From: a virus
Lineage: Duplodnaviria; Heunggongvirae; Uroviricota; Caudoviricetes; Crassvirales
Direction: 5' to 3' (one strand)
IMG/VR virus record: IMGVR_UViG_3300046331_000154
DNA: 64,000 nt
In this document: positions 20,364 through 30,986 of the stretch, one piece after another
Numbering within the stretch: position 1 is the first letter of the stretch
How the letters are laid out: each line of letters starts with the position of its first letter
Made by a program: the position numbers and the translations under genes
Notes under the pieces: model-generated
Told to the model about the DNA's origin: nothing
Databases searched by the model: none
The model's input: the letters and a program-made list of their open reading frames with translations, nothing else

Positions 20364-21217
20364 TCTGTTAAACCATTGAAAAATTTTAATGGATTATAAG
20401 AATATAATTTATGTTGTTTGTGTAATAATTTTTCTAATTCAAATATTTCTTGTGGCGTACCTAAAATTTCTTTTATAATTTTATAATTATATGGTAATTT
20501 AGTATTACCATAAAATCTAAAATTAGTAGTTGTGAAAGTTCTACCTATTTTATAAAACTTTTCATTACTATCCCAGATTTCAATAATATATAATTTAAAA
20601 TTGTCAAAGTTTTTGGAATTTTTAGCAGTATTTTCCCAATTAGTTAAATTATAACCACCTTTTCTTTTTACACATTTTATGCAACCTGAACCATTTATGT
20701 GAGCGTTTAATTGCTGTTTAAATTCACCATGTATTGGACAAATAATAGATAATTTTGTTTTAGCATTTTTATAATCTAAATTAGTATAATTATATTTATT
20801 ATCATGAATAGTATTACCTTTAGTTTTAATATATTCATTTTTTGATATTGCACTATCAATAGTTGGACATCTCCCTTGTAATAAAGAATCTTGAGATATT
20901 TTATAACGAATATTGTGTTGATCACTAACTATAATATAATCTTTAATATTATCTGAAAAAGTCAATAACATTAAAGTAGGATGTAATTGTTTTATTCTAT
21001 GAGATAATATTTCTGATTTATTAACAGCACTTTTTATAGAAGGTTTGTTTCCAATCAATAATTTTTCAGTATTACAGTTGTATAATAATTTTGTACATTT
21101 ACATTTTATTAATAGTTTTTGTTTACATCCTTTATAGTCTTCTAATATGTCGTAATTATTTTTAATATTATCTGGTAATTTTTTAATAAATTCTAAATTT
21201 GTTAATATTTTACCCAT
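20339..21217 (-). CDS. T5orf172 (GIY-YIG-like) domain nuclease with an N-terminal Cys-cluster zinc ribbon; putative homing endonuclease-like gene
   Basis: The C-terminus reads LYIIEIWDSNEKFYKIGRTFTTTNFRFYGN...ELEKLLHKQHK...NGLTECF, matching the T5orf172/MUG113 signature (YKIGxT ... ExxLH ... EWF). The N-terminus carries CKCTKLLYNCN and CPIHGEF...CIKC cysteine pairs. Confidence 0.55.
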   Translation of the reverse strand: MGKILTNLEFIKKLPDNIKNNYDILEDYKGCKQKLLIKCKCTKLLYNCNTEKLLIGNKPSIKSAVNKSEILSHRIKQLHPTLMLLTFSDNIKDYIIVSDQHNIRYKISQDSLLQGRCPTIDSAISKNEYIKTKGNTIHDNKYNYTNLDYKNAKTKLSIICPIHGEFKQQLNAHINGSGCIKCVKRKGGYNLTNWENTAKNSKNFDNFKLYIIEIWDSNEKFYKIGRTFTTTNFRFYGNTKLPYNYKIIKEILGTPQEIFELEKLLHKQHKLYSYNPLKFFNGLTECFSYINI

Positions 21218-22050
21218 TATTTTTTATTTAAAGGATGATCTCTATAACTACCGTCTAACATAATTCTATTTGAGAAAATAAATTTTTTACCGCTAATATT
21301 AAAAGACGACTCGTTTTGCTCTACAGTATTTAATTTATTATTGACTCCCATACCTTGAGGTATTCCAGAATACTTTTTATTTTGTTCATGTGTACCACCC
21401 ACATCAAAACGATTTAAATTACCACCACCTTCATATGATTTACCAGTGTAACCACCGTGTGCCATTTGTTGTATTGGATTTATAGCGTCTAATTGTTGTG
21501 TAGAATTATTACTTTGAACTTGTTGATCAGAATAATTTCTTTCATAAACACTTTGTGCTTGTTGTGGTTGAAATTGTATGTTATTTTGTGGTTGTTGTAA
21601 TTCTTGTGATTGTTGAGGTTCTTGTGATAATTCTTGTTGAACAAATTGTTCTTCAGGAACTTGTTGTGTTTGTGCTAAATTATCAATTTCTTGTTCTTGG
21701 GCAAGTTGTTGATTATTTAATTCTTGTATATGTTGTTCATATTGTTTAGACATTGGTATTTCAACAGTAGAATAATCTCTATATTTAATACCGTTTTTAA
21801 TAGTTCCAGGTTGTGATTTAGTTGCCAAATCTCCAAATGGATTATTTTTACCATAAGATATTTGTGTTTTAGTTGCTGCATTTAAAGCAAAATCTTTAGG
21901 TGATGGATCATTATTTTTTGTAGCATACGATAAAGCATTATCATATATTTTCTTTTGATAAGAAGTAAGTGTTTCTTTATTCAAAGAACCCCCAGATGAT
22001 GTTTCAAAAGGGGGTTGAATGTTAGAAACTATGTCATTAGTATTTTCCAT
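21217..22050 (-). CDS. Gln-rich low-complexity protein (277 aa)
   Basis: Long Q/E-rich tract (QELSQEPQQSQELQQPQNNIQFQPQQAQ). Confidence 0.4.
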   Translation of the reverse strand: MENTNDIVSNIQPPFETSSGGSLNKETLTSYQKKIYDNALSYATKNNDPSPKDFALNAATKTQISYGKNNPFGDLATKSQPGTIKNGIKYRDYSTVEIPMSKQYEQHIQELNNQQLAQEQEIDNLAQTQQVPEEQFVQQELSQEPQQSQELQQPQNNIQFQPQQAQSVYERNYSDQQVQSNNSTQQLDAINPIQQMAHGGYTGKSYEGGGNLNRFDVGGTHEQNKKYSGIPQGMGVNNKLNTVEQNESSFNISGKKFIFSNRIMLDGSYRDHPLNKK

Positions 22051-22118
22051 AGTGTAAATATAATCTTTTTTTAATGTAAAGTCAAGTTTTTTTAATGTTA
22101 TTTTCTAATATTAAATCG

Positions 22119-25100
22119 TTATGTTGTATAACTTACAGACATATCGTGAAGTGTTAAATTTTTATTTGAGCTATTTTCAAATTTTAATTTTAAAAATACC
22201 CAAGGGTTTCTGATTCTATCTCTAGAATTTGCATTTCGAGGTAATGTTATTCTCCAATTTCTAAATTTACGAGATAGATTTGAATTTAACAATAAAGATT
22301 TTTCACCACTATTTTGATACTCGTTCCATATTTGAATACTTGTTAATGTACTTGTGGGTTGATCTACACCATTAATATATATTTCTGATTTATATTCTAA
22401 ATTATTGAAAATACAATCTTTATCAGCTTCTGGATTTACGTGTAAAGTTACATGTGAGGGATATAAATTTAGATTATTATAATAACTACCACAAACACCA
22501 TTACCGTGCTTAAACACGTTATTTTCACTAAATGAGGGTATTGTTAAAAAATGAAATCCTTTACTAACATAAAGAGAAGGTATAAAACTATAAAAAGATA
22601 CAAATTCATTAAACAACTCATTGTATGAAAGTGTAAAAGAAGATTTATTCAATTGTCTAAATGTAATAAATAAATCATTATTTATATTATCATAACCCAT
22701 TGTGATACCTTTACCTATTAAAGGATTATCTGTAATTATAGTTTCAGAGTCTGTATTATTACTAAAGAAACTATTCATTCCTTTAATTTTTGATAAATTT
22801 ATAAGTTGATTGTTAAACAACATTAAAGATTTATTTAAAAAATCATAATAATATAATCCACTTGGTGTAGATATAACACTCCATTTATTTAGTGTTCCAG
22901 AAGTTGTAGATATGTAGTTATAATCATTAAGTAATTGTCCAGTACCTAATTGTACACTTATACCATCATTACCTTGAATTTGTACACGAGGATTAATAGA
23001 TATTCGTGCTAAAGCTTGTTCTTGTATAGCATATATTTCATCATTAAAATTATTAATTGCTTTTATGGCTCCATATTTACCATCTAACGTCATTACTTCA
23101 TTAATTGAAATATCTGACCAACTGTCAATTAATTCGCCTACATTTTTTTTCTTAGTTGCTATAATATTAGCATCAAAATTATTTATTTTTTTAATGTTAT
23201 AATCTAAATTTCTTTTTGCTATTAATGTTGGTTGTTGTGAATAAACTTTATTGTATTTATGATATTCCGTATATAAAGGTTGAAACTTGGTATCCCATTC
23301 TTGAAAACTTAAATCTTTTCTATTTTTTAAATCTAATGTAGTTTCACACAACACTGAAACAAGTTCTTCTAAAACATGAACTCCATCTTTAACAACTGCG
23401 TTATCTGCTTTTATAATTCTTATAAAGCTAAATGTATTTACAAAAGTATCTCCTGGAGAATTAATTGTAATTGTAGGAGTTAAACTGTTAATATTTTTAT
23501 ATTCTCCAACTTCAACGTAATTAGTACGTCTTTTATCACTGTATTTGTTTCCACCATAAATACCAGATAAATAAATATCATTTTTAGTTTTTACTAGTTC
23601 TCCAATTAATCCATTATTATCACCAGTAACACTGACAAATCCTAAATATTCATGATTTAATCTGTCATAATGAGATGTTTCTTCATTAGAGCCCATAACA
23701 ATAGTTACACATCTGTTATTTTCACTATTAATAGAAACAATGGATCTGTTGTAATCACCATCATGTTTAAGATCTGCATTACCATCCGTTAAAATATCTA
23801 TTAAATTATTTTGATATCTATAATTAGGATCGTTATTGTAATTTTTAGCATTTTGACCACGTTCTGTTATTTCAGGTTTATTATAAATGTCGTGTTCTGT
23901 ATTTCTCGAAGATTTAAAGTAATTAAAATGACGTTTTGTAAAATCATTATTCACTCCATATTTTCTATCAATCATAACATGTGAAACTCTTGACATATAG
24001 CGATCCCTACTACCTACAATTGCTTGACTTATTAAACCTTCATATAAAGCCGCTTCCGCACCTTGATTCGATATTTTTTTATGTACTGAATTTGACTGAT
24101 TAAAATAAGGAGAAATAGCACCTGTAACAGTACCTTCATCTAAAAGATTACCACCCTCAACAAAGTTATCATAATTTCTTGCCCAACAATTATTAGTATT
24201 GTTTTGTACACGACCTTTAATTTTTAACTTTAAATTACTTGGGAATTTAATATTTTCACCAAATAAAACTTCAGGAGAATACATTTGCATCATTGAATTA
24301 AATTGGTAACATCTACCTTTTACAAAACCATCGTAAACAACATACGCTGTACCCGCATTTCGAACGTAACCACTTCTTTGTATTTCACTATTATATGGAC
24401 TGTTAGAGGTACTATTTGTATTCATTTCTGCCAAATGTTGAGACGATCTTAAAGGCATTGTAACATCATTTGTAAAATCTACTTGATTGTAATTTCTAAT
24501 TAAAATATTTGGCATTTTTACAATTGTATCAGCTTTATCACGAACATACAACTTGTCTTCAGGTTTTGAATATTGAACATCTTTACTAGATTTATCGTTA
24601 ATCATCATTGTTGATAATAAACCACTAGAAAGAATTGTTTTGTCATTTGTGGTTCTTTCAGCAACAAGAATTTTATAACCTACTGGTTTGTAGTATTCTG
24701 ATTCAAAATTTTGTGTATTTAACCATGTAAAAAACTCATTTTTAAGTGTAACTTTTAACGTGTTATATCTTCCTCTTAAATTTCCATCCGTAGATTTAAA
24801 GTCTGCAATCCAATTTGGTAAAGTAGACTGTCCATAATTATTATAAAAACTTATTCCAAGTCTATAAATTTCATCATCTTTAAAATATTTATCTTTATCA
24901 CTTGCCTCGACTTCTAAAATATAAGACTGTTCGTATTTTAAATACTTTCCTTCTCCACCTAAAGTTGTTCCATTTTTTTGAAATTTATAAGAGTCATAGT
25001 TTAAATTAATACTATCGTGTTTAATTAAAGCTATGTTATCATAATCTCCATCATTAATTATAATTACTGGAGCTTCGTCACTAATTAATAGCTCAGAATT

Positions 25101-26237
25101 AATATCTAATTTTATATCTTTATATACTTTAGATTGTCGCAAACTATTAAAAGAATAAGCACGAGTGTCTAAATCTATTTCAAAATTAATTTCTTTATAG
25201 TTTGCTAAAAAAAGTACACTATCCTTACTTACTATATTTTCTGGAATTATTATATCAGAACCTAAAAATAAAAATTCCTCTAAAGAAATTGTATTTATAA
25301 TTGTACCACTATCTGCAATTTGTATATTTTTAGAATCTGGTATTTTTTGATCTACAATTAGTGAAATAGAGGGTATCTGATTAAATGATGTATATTTTAC
25401 AGCATATATTTTTATATGTGTATAATTTGAATCGATATTGTTGATTTCAACAATAGGTGTTGAATTAACAATTTCGTTTAAATCACCACCTCCAAATTCC
25501 TGATTATCTAAAGATATTAATTTACTTAATGGTCCTATTTTAGTTTGAGCAGCGTTTAAAGAATATAAGTTGTAAGCATATTGAATCATACCTGCAGTGT
25601 GACTACCTCCAGATACTATTTCTACAATATTTGGAAAAGATATTTTGTATTTTCCAACAATTTCTAATATGTTTTGTGAAACATCAATAAGTTCTTCAGA
25701 GTCACCATTTAAAATAGAATGTTTTAAATTTAAAAATCTTATTTGATGTTTACTATCAACCCAATATATTTTATCTATTTTTTCATTTTCAAAATTATTA
25801 ATTATTTGAATCGGATTTTCTGGAGAAAGATTTAAATTTCTTAAATACAATAGTGTTAATACTACATTTGTATAATCATAATTCCAAATACAGTCAAAAC
25901 CATTATTATCTGTTGAAATAAAAACAATAGAATCTCTCGTTGGACATTGTGCAATAATTTTTTGATCACCACTTTGAATGGTATAATTTATTTCATTATT
26001 TTTAAATTTTAATATTTTATTGGAATAAGTTATTATTTTACCATTGTAATCAATATTAATATTTGGTATATTTAATAATTTAGCATTTCCTTTTTCATTA
26101 GAAATAGTACCTAATTTTTGAGAATCTGTAGAATTTAATCTTATGTTTAAAGCATCAAAATAATATTCATTAGAAAATTTAGATTTACCTGTATCTTGAT
26201 TTAATCCTTTAAAACTATGTTTAATTTGTTTTTCCAT
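22119..26237 (-). CDS. large tail protein (1372 aa), possibly a tail hub, muzzle or spike
   Basis: A long ORF in the tail module. No recognisable enzymatic motif. Confidence 0.45.
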   Translation of the reverse strand: MEKQIKHSFKGLNQDTGKSKFSNEYYFDALNIRLNSTDSQKLGTISNEKGNAKLLNIPNINIDYNGKIITYSNKILKFKNNEINYTIQSGDQKIIAQCPTRDSIVFISTDNNGFDCIWNYDYTNVVLTLLYLRNLNLSPENPIQIINNFENEKIDKIYWVDSKHQIRFLNLKHSILNGDSEELIDVSQNILEIVGKYKISFPNIVEIVSGGSHTAGMIQYAYNLYSLNAAQTKIGPLSKLISLDNQEFGGGDLNEIVNSTPIVEINNIDSNYTHIKIYAVKYTSFNQIPSISLIVDQKIPDSKNIQIADSGTIINTISLEEFLFLGSDIIIPENIVSKDSVLFLANYKEINFEIDLDTRAYSFNSLRQSKVYKDIKLDINSELLISDEAPVIIINDGDYDNIALIKHDSINLNYDSYKFQKNGTTLGGEGKYLKYEQSYILEVEASDKDKYFKDDEIYRLGISFYNNYGQSTLPNWIADFKSTDGNLRGRYNTLKVTLKNEFFTWLNTQNFESEYYKPVGYKILVAERTTNDKTILSSGLLSTMMINDKSSKDVQYSKPEDKLYVRDKADTIVKMPNILIRNYNQVDFTNDVTMPLRSSQHLAEMNTNSTSNSPYNSEIQRSGYVRNAGTAYVVYDGFVKGRCYQFNSMMQMYSPEVLFGENIKFPSNLKLKIKGRVQNNTNNCWARNYDNFVEGGNLLDEGTVTGAISPYFNQSNSVHKKISNQGAEAALYEGLISQAIVGSRDRYMSRVSHVMIDRKYGVNNDFTKRHFNYFKSSRNTEHDIYNKPEITERGQNAKNYNNDPNYRYQNNLIDILTDGNADLKHDGDYNRSIVSINSENNRCVTIVMGSNEETSHYDRLNHEYLGFVSVTGDNNGLIGELVKTKNDIYLSGIYGGNKYSDKRRTNYVEVGEYKNINSLTPTITINSPGDTFVNTFSFIRIIKADNAVVKDGVHVLEELVSVLCETTLDLKNRKDLSFQEWDTKFQPLYTEYHKYNKVYSQQPTLIAKRNLDYNIKKINNFDANIIATKKKNVGELIDSWSDISINEVMTLDGKYGAIKAINNFNDEIYAIQEQALARISINPRVQIQGNDGISVQLGTGQLLNDYNYISTTSGTLNKWSVISTPSGLYYYDFLNKSLMLFNNQLINLSKIKGMNSFFSNNTDSETIITDNPLIGKGITMGYDNINNDLFITFRQLNKSSFTLSYNELFNEFVSFYSFIPSLYVSKGFHFLTIPSFSENNVFKHGNGVCGSYYNNLNLYPSHVTLHVNPEADKDCIFNNLEYKSEIYINGVDQPTSTLTSIQIWNEYQNSGEKSLLLNSNLSRKFRNWRITLPRNANSRDRIRNPWVFLKLKFENSSNKNLTLHDMSVSYTT

Positions 26238-26239
26238 AT

Positions 26240-26935
26240 TTATTTATTAAACGTTTGCCATCCAGTACTATGAAAATCTGTATTTTGAAAAAGTCTAACA
26301 ATACCATTTTCTAAAGATTTCATTCTATCAGGTGTTAACATATTAAATGAATTTGACGCTTGTCCTACATACCAAAAATAATTTTGTTTAATATCTTCAT
26401 AAATATCTCGTGTAATTTCGTTTCTATATCTTGCAGGTTCACCATATTGCCATAAAATATAATATTTTAAAGCTTGTTTAAATGAAGCATTGTCGGGAAT
26501 CATAGGTAACCCCTCTTCATCTGTAACAATGCCTTGGTAAGCCATTTCTAAAATACCTTCTGAGAAAGAAGTGTAAATAACTCCATTATTTATAGAATAA
26601 CTGTTATCAGACACACAAGTTAAATCAGGACTATTTACACAATGATATTTAGAATGATATATGTCTGATGCGTATTTTAAAGCTGTATAAGCGTCACTAT
26701 TATTATATTTGTATCTTGTACCATCAATAGTAATTAAATCACACGGTAACAACGCTTTATTATTTACAATTTTTATTTCAGCATATTTTTTATCAAACAA
26801 AAAAGGACTACCTACAAGAGATAACAAACTATTTAAATATATTGCAATATCTTCTGCTTGGATTCCTTCAACAAAAGGATATTTAGATATATCATATAAT
26901 ATTGTTTTTATAGATACATATTTTGAATTATTCAT
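26240..26935 (-). CDS. hypothetical structural-module protein (231 aa)
   Basis: ORF with operon context. Confidence 0.4.
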   Translation of the reverse strand: MNNSKYVSIKTILYDISKYPFVEGIQAEDIAIYLNSLLSLVGSPFLFDKKYAEIKIVNNKALLPCDLITIDGTRYKYNNSDAYTALKYASDIYHSKYHCVNSPDLTCVSDNSYSINNGVIYTSFSEGILEMAYQGIVTDEEGLPMIPDNASFKQALKYYILWQYGEPARYRNEITRDIYEDIKQNYFWYVGQASNSFNMLTPDRMKSLENGIVRLFQNTDFHSTGWQTFNK

Positions 26936-26940
26936 AATTT

Positions 26941-27474
26941 TTAATATTTGATTTCGTGAGCGTTATATTTTTCTTTAGAATAATTATTTATTCTTTTAGC
27001 TAAAGATCTATTAAAATCTCTAGCAGGTTTAAATAAATATACTGTTTTATTTTTAAAATTAGCATTATATTTATCATGTTTAATATTATAAACATATCCC
27101 CCAGTATGACTATTTTTATGTCTTACTATAATTTTTTTTAATTTAGCTTCTTCGTCTATTTTCCACAAATCATTTGTAGCTTTCCAATCAGGAGGTGCAT
27201 TATTATATACTACATTATTTGGTAATAATTTAACACCTTGCTTTCTTTTAACAACTTTAATATATCCTATTCTATGTGGTAATGCGAAAGTATCTGCTTT
27301 ATCAACAACTTCATCTACTATAAATTTATTTAAATCTGTTATAATATTGTTGTATGTTATTTTTGCAATTTTATAAGGATAGTTTTTATTGTAAAATTTA
27401 TAATAATCCACCATACCAAATTGAGCGGGTATTTTTTTAGAACTTCTAGTTACTACTTGAGTTGTTTTGTTCAT
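26941..27474 (-). CDS. hypothetical basic protein (177 aa)
   Basis: ORF, Lys-rich. Confidence 0.4.
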   Translation of the reverse strand: MNKTTQVVTRSSKKIPAQFGMVDYYKFYNKNYPYKIAKITYNNIITDLNKFIVDEVVDKADTFALPHRIGYIKVVKRKQGVKLLPNNVVYNNAPPDWKATNDLWKIDEEAKLKKIIVRHKNSHTGGYVYNIKHDKYNANFKNKTVYLFKPARDFNRSLAKRINNYSKEKYNAHEIKY

Positions 27475-28132
27475 CGGGTTTAATTTGTTCTTTAGTACCT
27501 AATAATAACTTAATAATTTCATCACGAGCTAAATCAATAATATATGCTGGTGCAGGATATTCTGTATCTAATGTGAAACATGATTCTTGAACTGTTTCAC
27601 AATTACAAGAATTTGTGTAATTTTCTAAATCTGAAGGAGTGCTAAATACGCCAATTACGTTAACAGAATTAATCAATTTATGTTCTGGAATTTTAGAAAA
27701 TAAATAAAGATATCCTTCTGAATCAAAAGTTACATATATACTATTACTATAAGGTCTTTCTAATATTGTAGAAGCTTGAAAAAAGTCTATAATCTTAAAA
27801 GAACCTGACAACATTATTGGTGCAGTTACAGAAATTAAAGTTTCTCTATTTCTAACCGCTAATAATGTGGGAAGAGTTTGTGTACTACGTAATACAGTAC
27901 AATCTGCAGTAATACCACACAATCCTTTATCTATTTCTTTAAGAGATAAACATAAAGATTGCGTACATAATTTATCAAAATTACGTGATTTATCGTCGTA
28001 TAATCTACGTAATCCAACCTCTCGTTTCATATTAAACAAATGTAAAATAAAACGATCATCATATAAAGAATCATCCGAATACTCATTTAATAATTCTCTA
28101 ACACTATATATAATTTCTTTTGTTGTTGCCAT
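27446..28132 (-). CDS. hypothetical protein (228 aa)
   Basis: ORF abutting the GIY-YIG gene. Confidence 0.4.
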   Translation of the reverse strand: MATTKEIIYSVRELLNEYSDDSLYDDRFILHLFNMKREVGLRRLYDDKSRNFDKLCTQSLCLSLKEIDKGLCGITADCTVLRSTQTLPTLLAVRNRETLISVTAPIMLSGSFKIIDFFQASTILERPYSNSIYVTFDSEGYLYLFSKIPEHKLINSVNVIGVFSTPSDLENYTNSCNCETVQESCFTLDTEYPAPAYIIDLARDEIIKLLLGTKEQIKPDEQNNSSSN

Positions 28133-28909
28133 TTATTTTAAAATTTCATTAATTTTTTTTACTCTTGCTAAATAAGCTTCTTCTTCATTGTCAAAATATC
28201 CAAGAAAATATTTTTTACCCGCTCTTTCTAAACTAGATTTCCATTTAGAATAATTTTTATACCAATAAACACCTTTATATTTTGATATAATATTGTGAGT
28301 GCTATTTTTATTTGTTGTTTTAATATTGTTTAATAACACCTCTTTAGAATTATATGAACCTTTCATAGAATTTGACATATTTAATTTAGCTTCAATAGAT
28401 CTTTTTTTACCAATTAATGATAATTTTCTTTTTTCTATTAATGCTGCAGATTGTTTTTTTCCAATTTGAATTTGTGATATTTTTATTTTAGTTTCTTCTG
28501 AGTGTTTTCTACCAGTAGCTAATTCTGACAATCTTTTTTTACATTCTTCTGTTCTTTTTTGACCAATTATTTTAAGTCTTCTTTTTTGTATTGTTTCTAT
28601 AGAAATAATTGCGTTAAATCCACCATCGCCACCATCTGTCATGTTTACCAATATTCCAGTTTTTAAATCTTTTCTACCATATTCTTGAATTAAAAACGTT
28701 TCTAATTCACAAGCATCACACCAAGATAAATTATCAGCAATTATTTCAATTTGATATTTTGTTTTATTAATAATATTATTCCAAAAATTACTTCTTTTAG
28801 TTTTTACATATGCTCGTCCATAATTTTTAGCTCGACCAATACCAATATAAAATATTTGATTATTGTCTAGTCTTCTATGTCTATATACGTACGATATATT
28901 TTGTTCCAT
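28133..28909 (-). CDS. GIY-YIG homing endonuclease with NUMOD3 repeats and a C-terminal AP2-like DNA-binding domain
   Basis: The N-terminus reads SYVYRHRRLDNNQIFYIGIGRAKNYGRAY, the GIY-(10)-YIG motif. The middle has repeated RRLKIIGQKRTEE / KRKLSLIGKKRSIEAK NUMOD3-like units. The C-terminus reads KYKGVYWYKNYSKWKSSLERAGKKYFLGYFDNEEEAYLARVKK, which is AP2-like. Confidence 0.8.
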   Translation of the reverse strand: MEQNISYVYRHRRLDNNQIFYIGIGRAKNYGRAYVKTKRSNFWNNIINKTKYQIEIIADNLSWCDACELETFLIQEYGRKDLKTGILVNMTDGGDGGFNAIISIETIQKRRLKIIGQKRTEECKKRLSELATGRKHSEETKIKISQIQIGKKQSAALIEKRKLSLIGKKRSIEAKLNMSNSMKGSYNSKEVLLNNIKTTNKNSTHNIISKYKGVYWYKNYSKWKSSLERAGKKYFLGYFDNEEEAYLARVKKINEILK

Positions 28910-28920
28910 ATTTTAAAATT

Positions 28921-28953
28921 AAAAAACCCCCTCTGTTGTAAGAGAGGGTTTGT
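28921..28953 (-). terminator. rho-independent terminator between the exonuclease gene and the GIY-YIG gene
   Basis: On the minus-strand RNA: CCCUCUC-uuacaaca-GAGGGGG followed by U6. Confidence 0.5.
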
Positions 28954-28960
28954 GTTTGTT

Positions 28961-29878
28961 TTATATTATTTTTAAATATTCTGTGTTTGATAAATAAAAA
29001 TATCTATCAGTATCGTTACATTTCATCATTCTTTTAATTGTTCCTAAAGAAGATACTTCTGTTTTATGAAGAGAAATATTAGAACTTCCTGTGTATGGTG
29101 ATGTATCTTTTGATAATCCATTCATAACCCCCACATGCATTGTTGGTAAATCGTAAGTTACTAGTTTATTGTACACTTCTTCAGTTAATACAACATCTTT
29201 TTCACAATAATTAACCATTTCTTCCATTGCTAAAGGACATTTACGAAGGATGATATCATCCCACATATCTAATCCTCTATGTTTAAGTTTGTTACCAAGT
29301 CCTAAAAATTCAGCAATATAATCTAATTTATTACTATTAAAGTTAAATTTACTACGAGCTTTTAAAAGAGTATCGTAAACTTTATATTTTGGTAATGCTA
29401 ATATTCCGTGTTTAATACACCTAGTCATTAACCATTTTTCATCAAAGCGTTTTAAATTGTGACCAACACATTCATCTGCTTGTGACACAATTTTTACAAA
29501 TTCTTTAACAATATTTTTATCACATCCATTTTTCCATCTAATTGTGTGAACTTTATCATCATGTTGCCATTTATATGATAAACAAATAATTGCTCTTTCG
29601 TGAATAATATCGGAAGGATTTAAGTTTAAGTTATATCCTATTCTCCACGATTTAACAATATTATAACTTGTTTCAATATCCCAAAATAATCTTTTAGTTT
29701 TATGAATAACAGGTTGTATTGGATTTAATTCACTTTTAACATTTTTAATTGACTGTTTACACAAATTAATATTTGTAGTATTTATTTTTAAATTTAATCT
29801 AATACACAATCTACCCCCACCTTCTTTTAAATAACCTTTTTTATTTTTTAAAAATTCTTCAATTTTTTCCCCAGTCAT
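28961..29878 (-). CDS. DEDDy-type 3'-5' exonuclease (DnaQ/PolB-exonuclease-like), stand-alone
   Basis: Exo I is LFWDIETS (D, E). Exo II is VGHNLKRFDEKWL (N...FD). Exo III is YCEKDVVLTEEVY (YxxxD). Order and spacing are as in DEDDy proofreading domains. Confidence 0.65.
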   Translation of the reverse strand: MTGEKIEEFLKNKKGYLKEGGGRLCIRLNLKINTTNINLCKQSIKNVKSELNPIQPVIHKTKRLFWDIETSYNIVKSWRIGYNLNLNPSDIIHERAIICLSYKWQHDDKVHTIRWKNGCDKNIVKEFVKIVSQADECVGHNLKRFDEKWLMTRCIKHGILALPKYKVYDTLLKARSKFNFNSNKLDYIAEFLGLGNKLKHRGLDMWDDIILRKCPLAMEEMVNYCEKDVVLTEEVYNKLVTYDLPTMHVGVMNGLSKDTSPYTGSSNISLHKTEVSSLGTIKRMMKCNDTDRYFYLSNTEYLKII

Positions 29879-29944
29879 ATATTATTTTTTTATAATTAGA
29901 ACAAATATATGTTATATTTTTATAAATTCCAAATATTTAGTCAA

Positions 29945-30550
29945 TTATTTTCTAATATTTATTAATCTAACCTTATAACCTAAATATATGTTTTTATTAG
30001 TATCATATCCGCCTGTAACAATATCACCTTTTTTATTTTGTATTCCTAAGTCTACTTTAACACCTGGATTATTAAATTGTAAATTGTTATATACTTCAAG
30101 TCCTGTATATAATGCAAAGACTGTTTCAACTTTTTTAACTTGTTTTGTATGTACTGTAGCAACTATTTTGAGCAGTTCTCCTTTAGTTTCTGTATAAACT
30201 GATACATCTGCAACACTATCATTAAATTCGTTCTTATATGACCTTATTTTAGTTGCATTTGTAAACATATTAAATTGTGCACTATCTGTAGCTTTTTCAA
30301 AAGTTTTAATTTCAATTGTATCAACTTTTCCAGCAATTAAAATATCGTCACCTTTTAATGTTTTATATTTAGTAACAATTTTAGTTTTTATTTCTGCAGG
30401 TTTAAACACAGTATCATATTGAACAATAGTGTTTATCTTTTGAAAAGATTTGTTATTGTTATTACAACTTCTTTGTAAAAATAAACTAGATATTAACAAC
30501 ATTATAATAATATATAGTGTTGTTAAATGTTTTTTTTGATTATTATACAT
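29945..30550 (-). CDS. N-terminally membrane-anchored protein next to the endolysin; possible spanin or lysis accessory
   Basis: The N-terminal hydrophobic helix YIIIMLLISSLFL is followed by a Cys. Its start overlaps the endolysin stop. Confidence 0.35.
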   Translation of the reverse strand: MYNNQKKHLTTLYIIIMLLISSLFLQRSCNNNNKSFQKINTIVQYDTVFKPAEIKTKIVTKYKTLKGDDILIAGKVDTIEIKTFEKATDSAQFNMFTNATKIRSYKNEFNDSVADVSVYTETKGELLKIVATVHTKQVKKVETVFALYTGLEVYNNLQFNNPGVKVDLGIQNKKGDIVTGGYDTNKNIYLGYKVRLINIRK

Positions 30551-30986
30551 TTACAAAAATTACATTTTTATTAATACGTTTTCGCAACATCACATTACCA
30601 CCATTACTATCGTTACCAACAGCTGTATTACCCTCAATAGATTCAAATGTGTTTTTGTCAATCCATTTAACAAATAAACCTGTGTGATCATATCTTCCGT
30701 CAGCATTCCAATCAAAAAAAACAATATTTCCCTCTACAGGTTTTGTAGTAATCATATTGTTTTTTTTAAAATATGCAACAGCTGTCTGACATCCTGCAAA
30801 TCCTTTAGTAAATCCAATTTTAGGTAGTTGAAAATTTGCTTCTGCATAACACCAACTAACAAACATTCCACACCAAGCCACACCGTCAAAACCAAACCAT
30901 TTACCATATTTCGTTTTGTTACTGTTTAATGGTTTTTCACCCTGACCAATTTCTTTTCTAGCAATATTTATAATTTTATTTTCCAT
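30543..30986 (-). CDS. CHAP-domain peptidoglycan hydrolase (endolysin)
   Basis: GVAWCGMFVSWCYAE supplies the catalytic Cys context. DHTGLFVKW...IEGNTA supplies the His and the eGN motif of CHAP/NlpC-like peptidases. It lies next to holin-like membrane proteins. Confidence 0.7.
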   Translation of the reverse strand: MENKIINIARKEIGQGEKPLNSNKTKYGKWFGFDGVAWCGMFVSWCYAEANFQLPKIGFTKGFAGCQTAVAYFKKNNMITTKPVEGNIVFFDWNADGRYDHTGLFVKWIDKNTFESIEGNTAVGNDSNGGNVMLRKRINKNVIFVNV

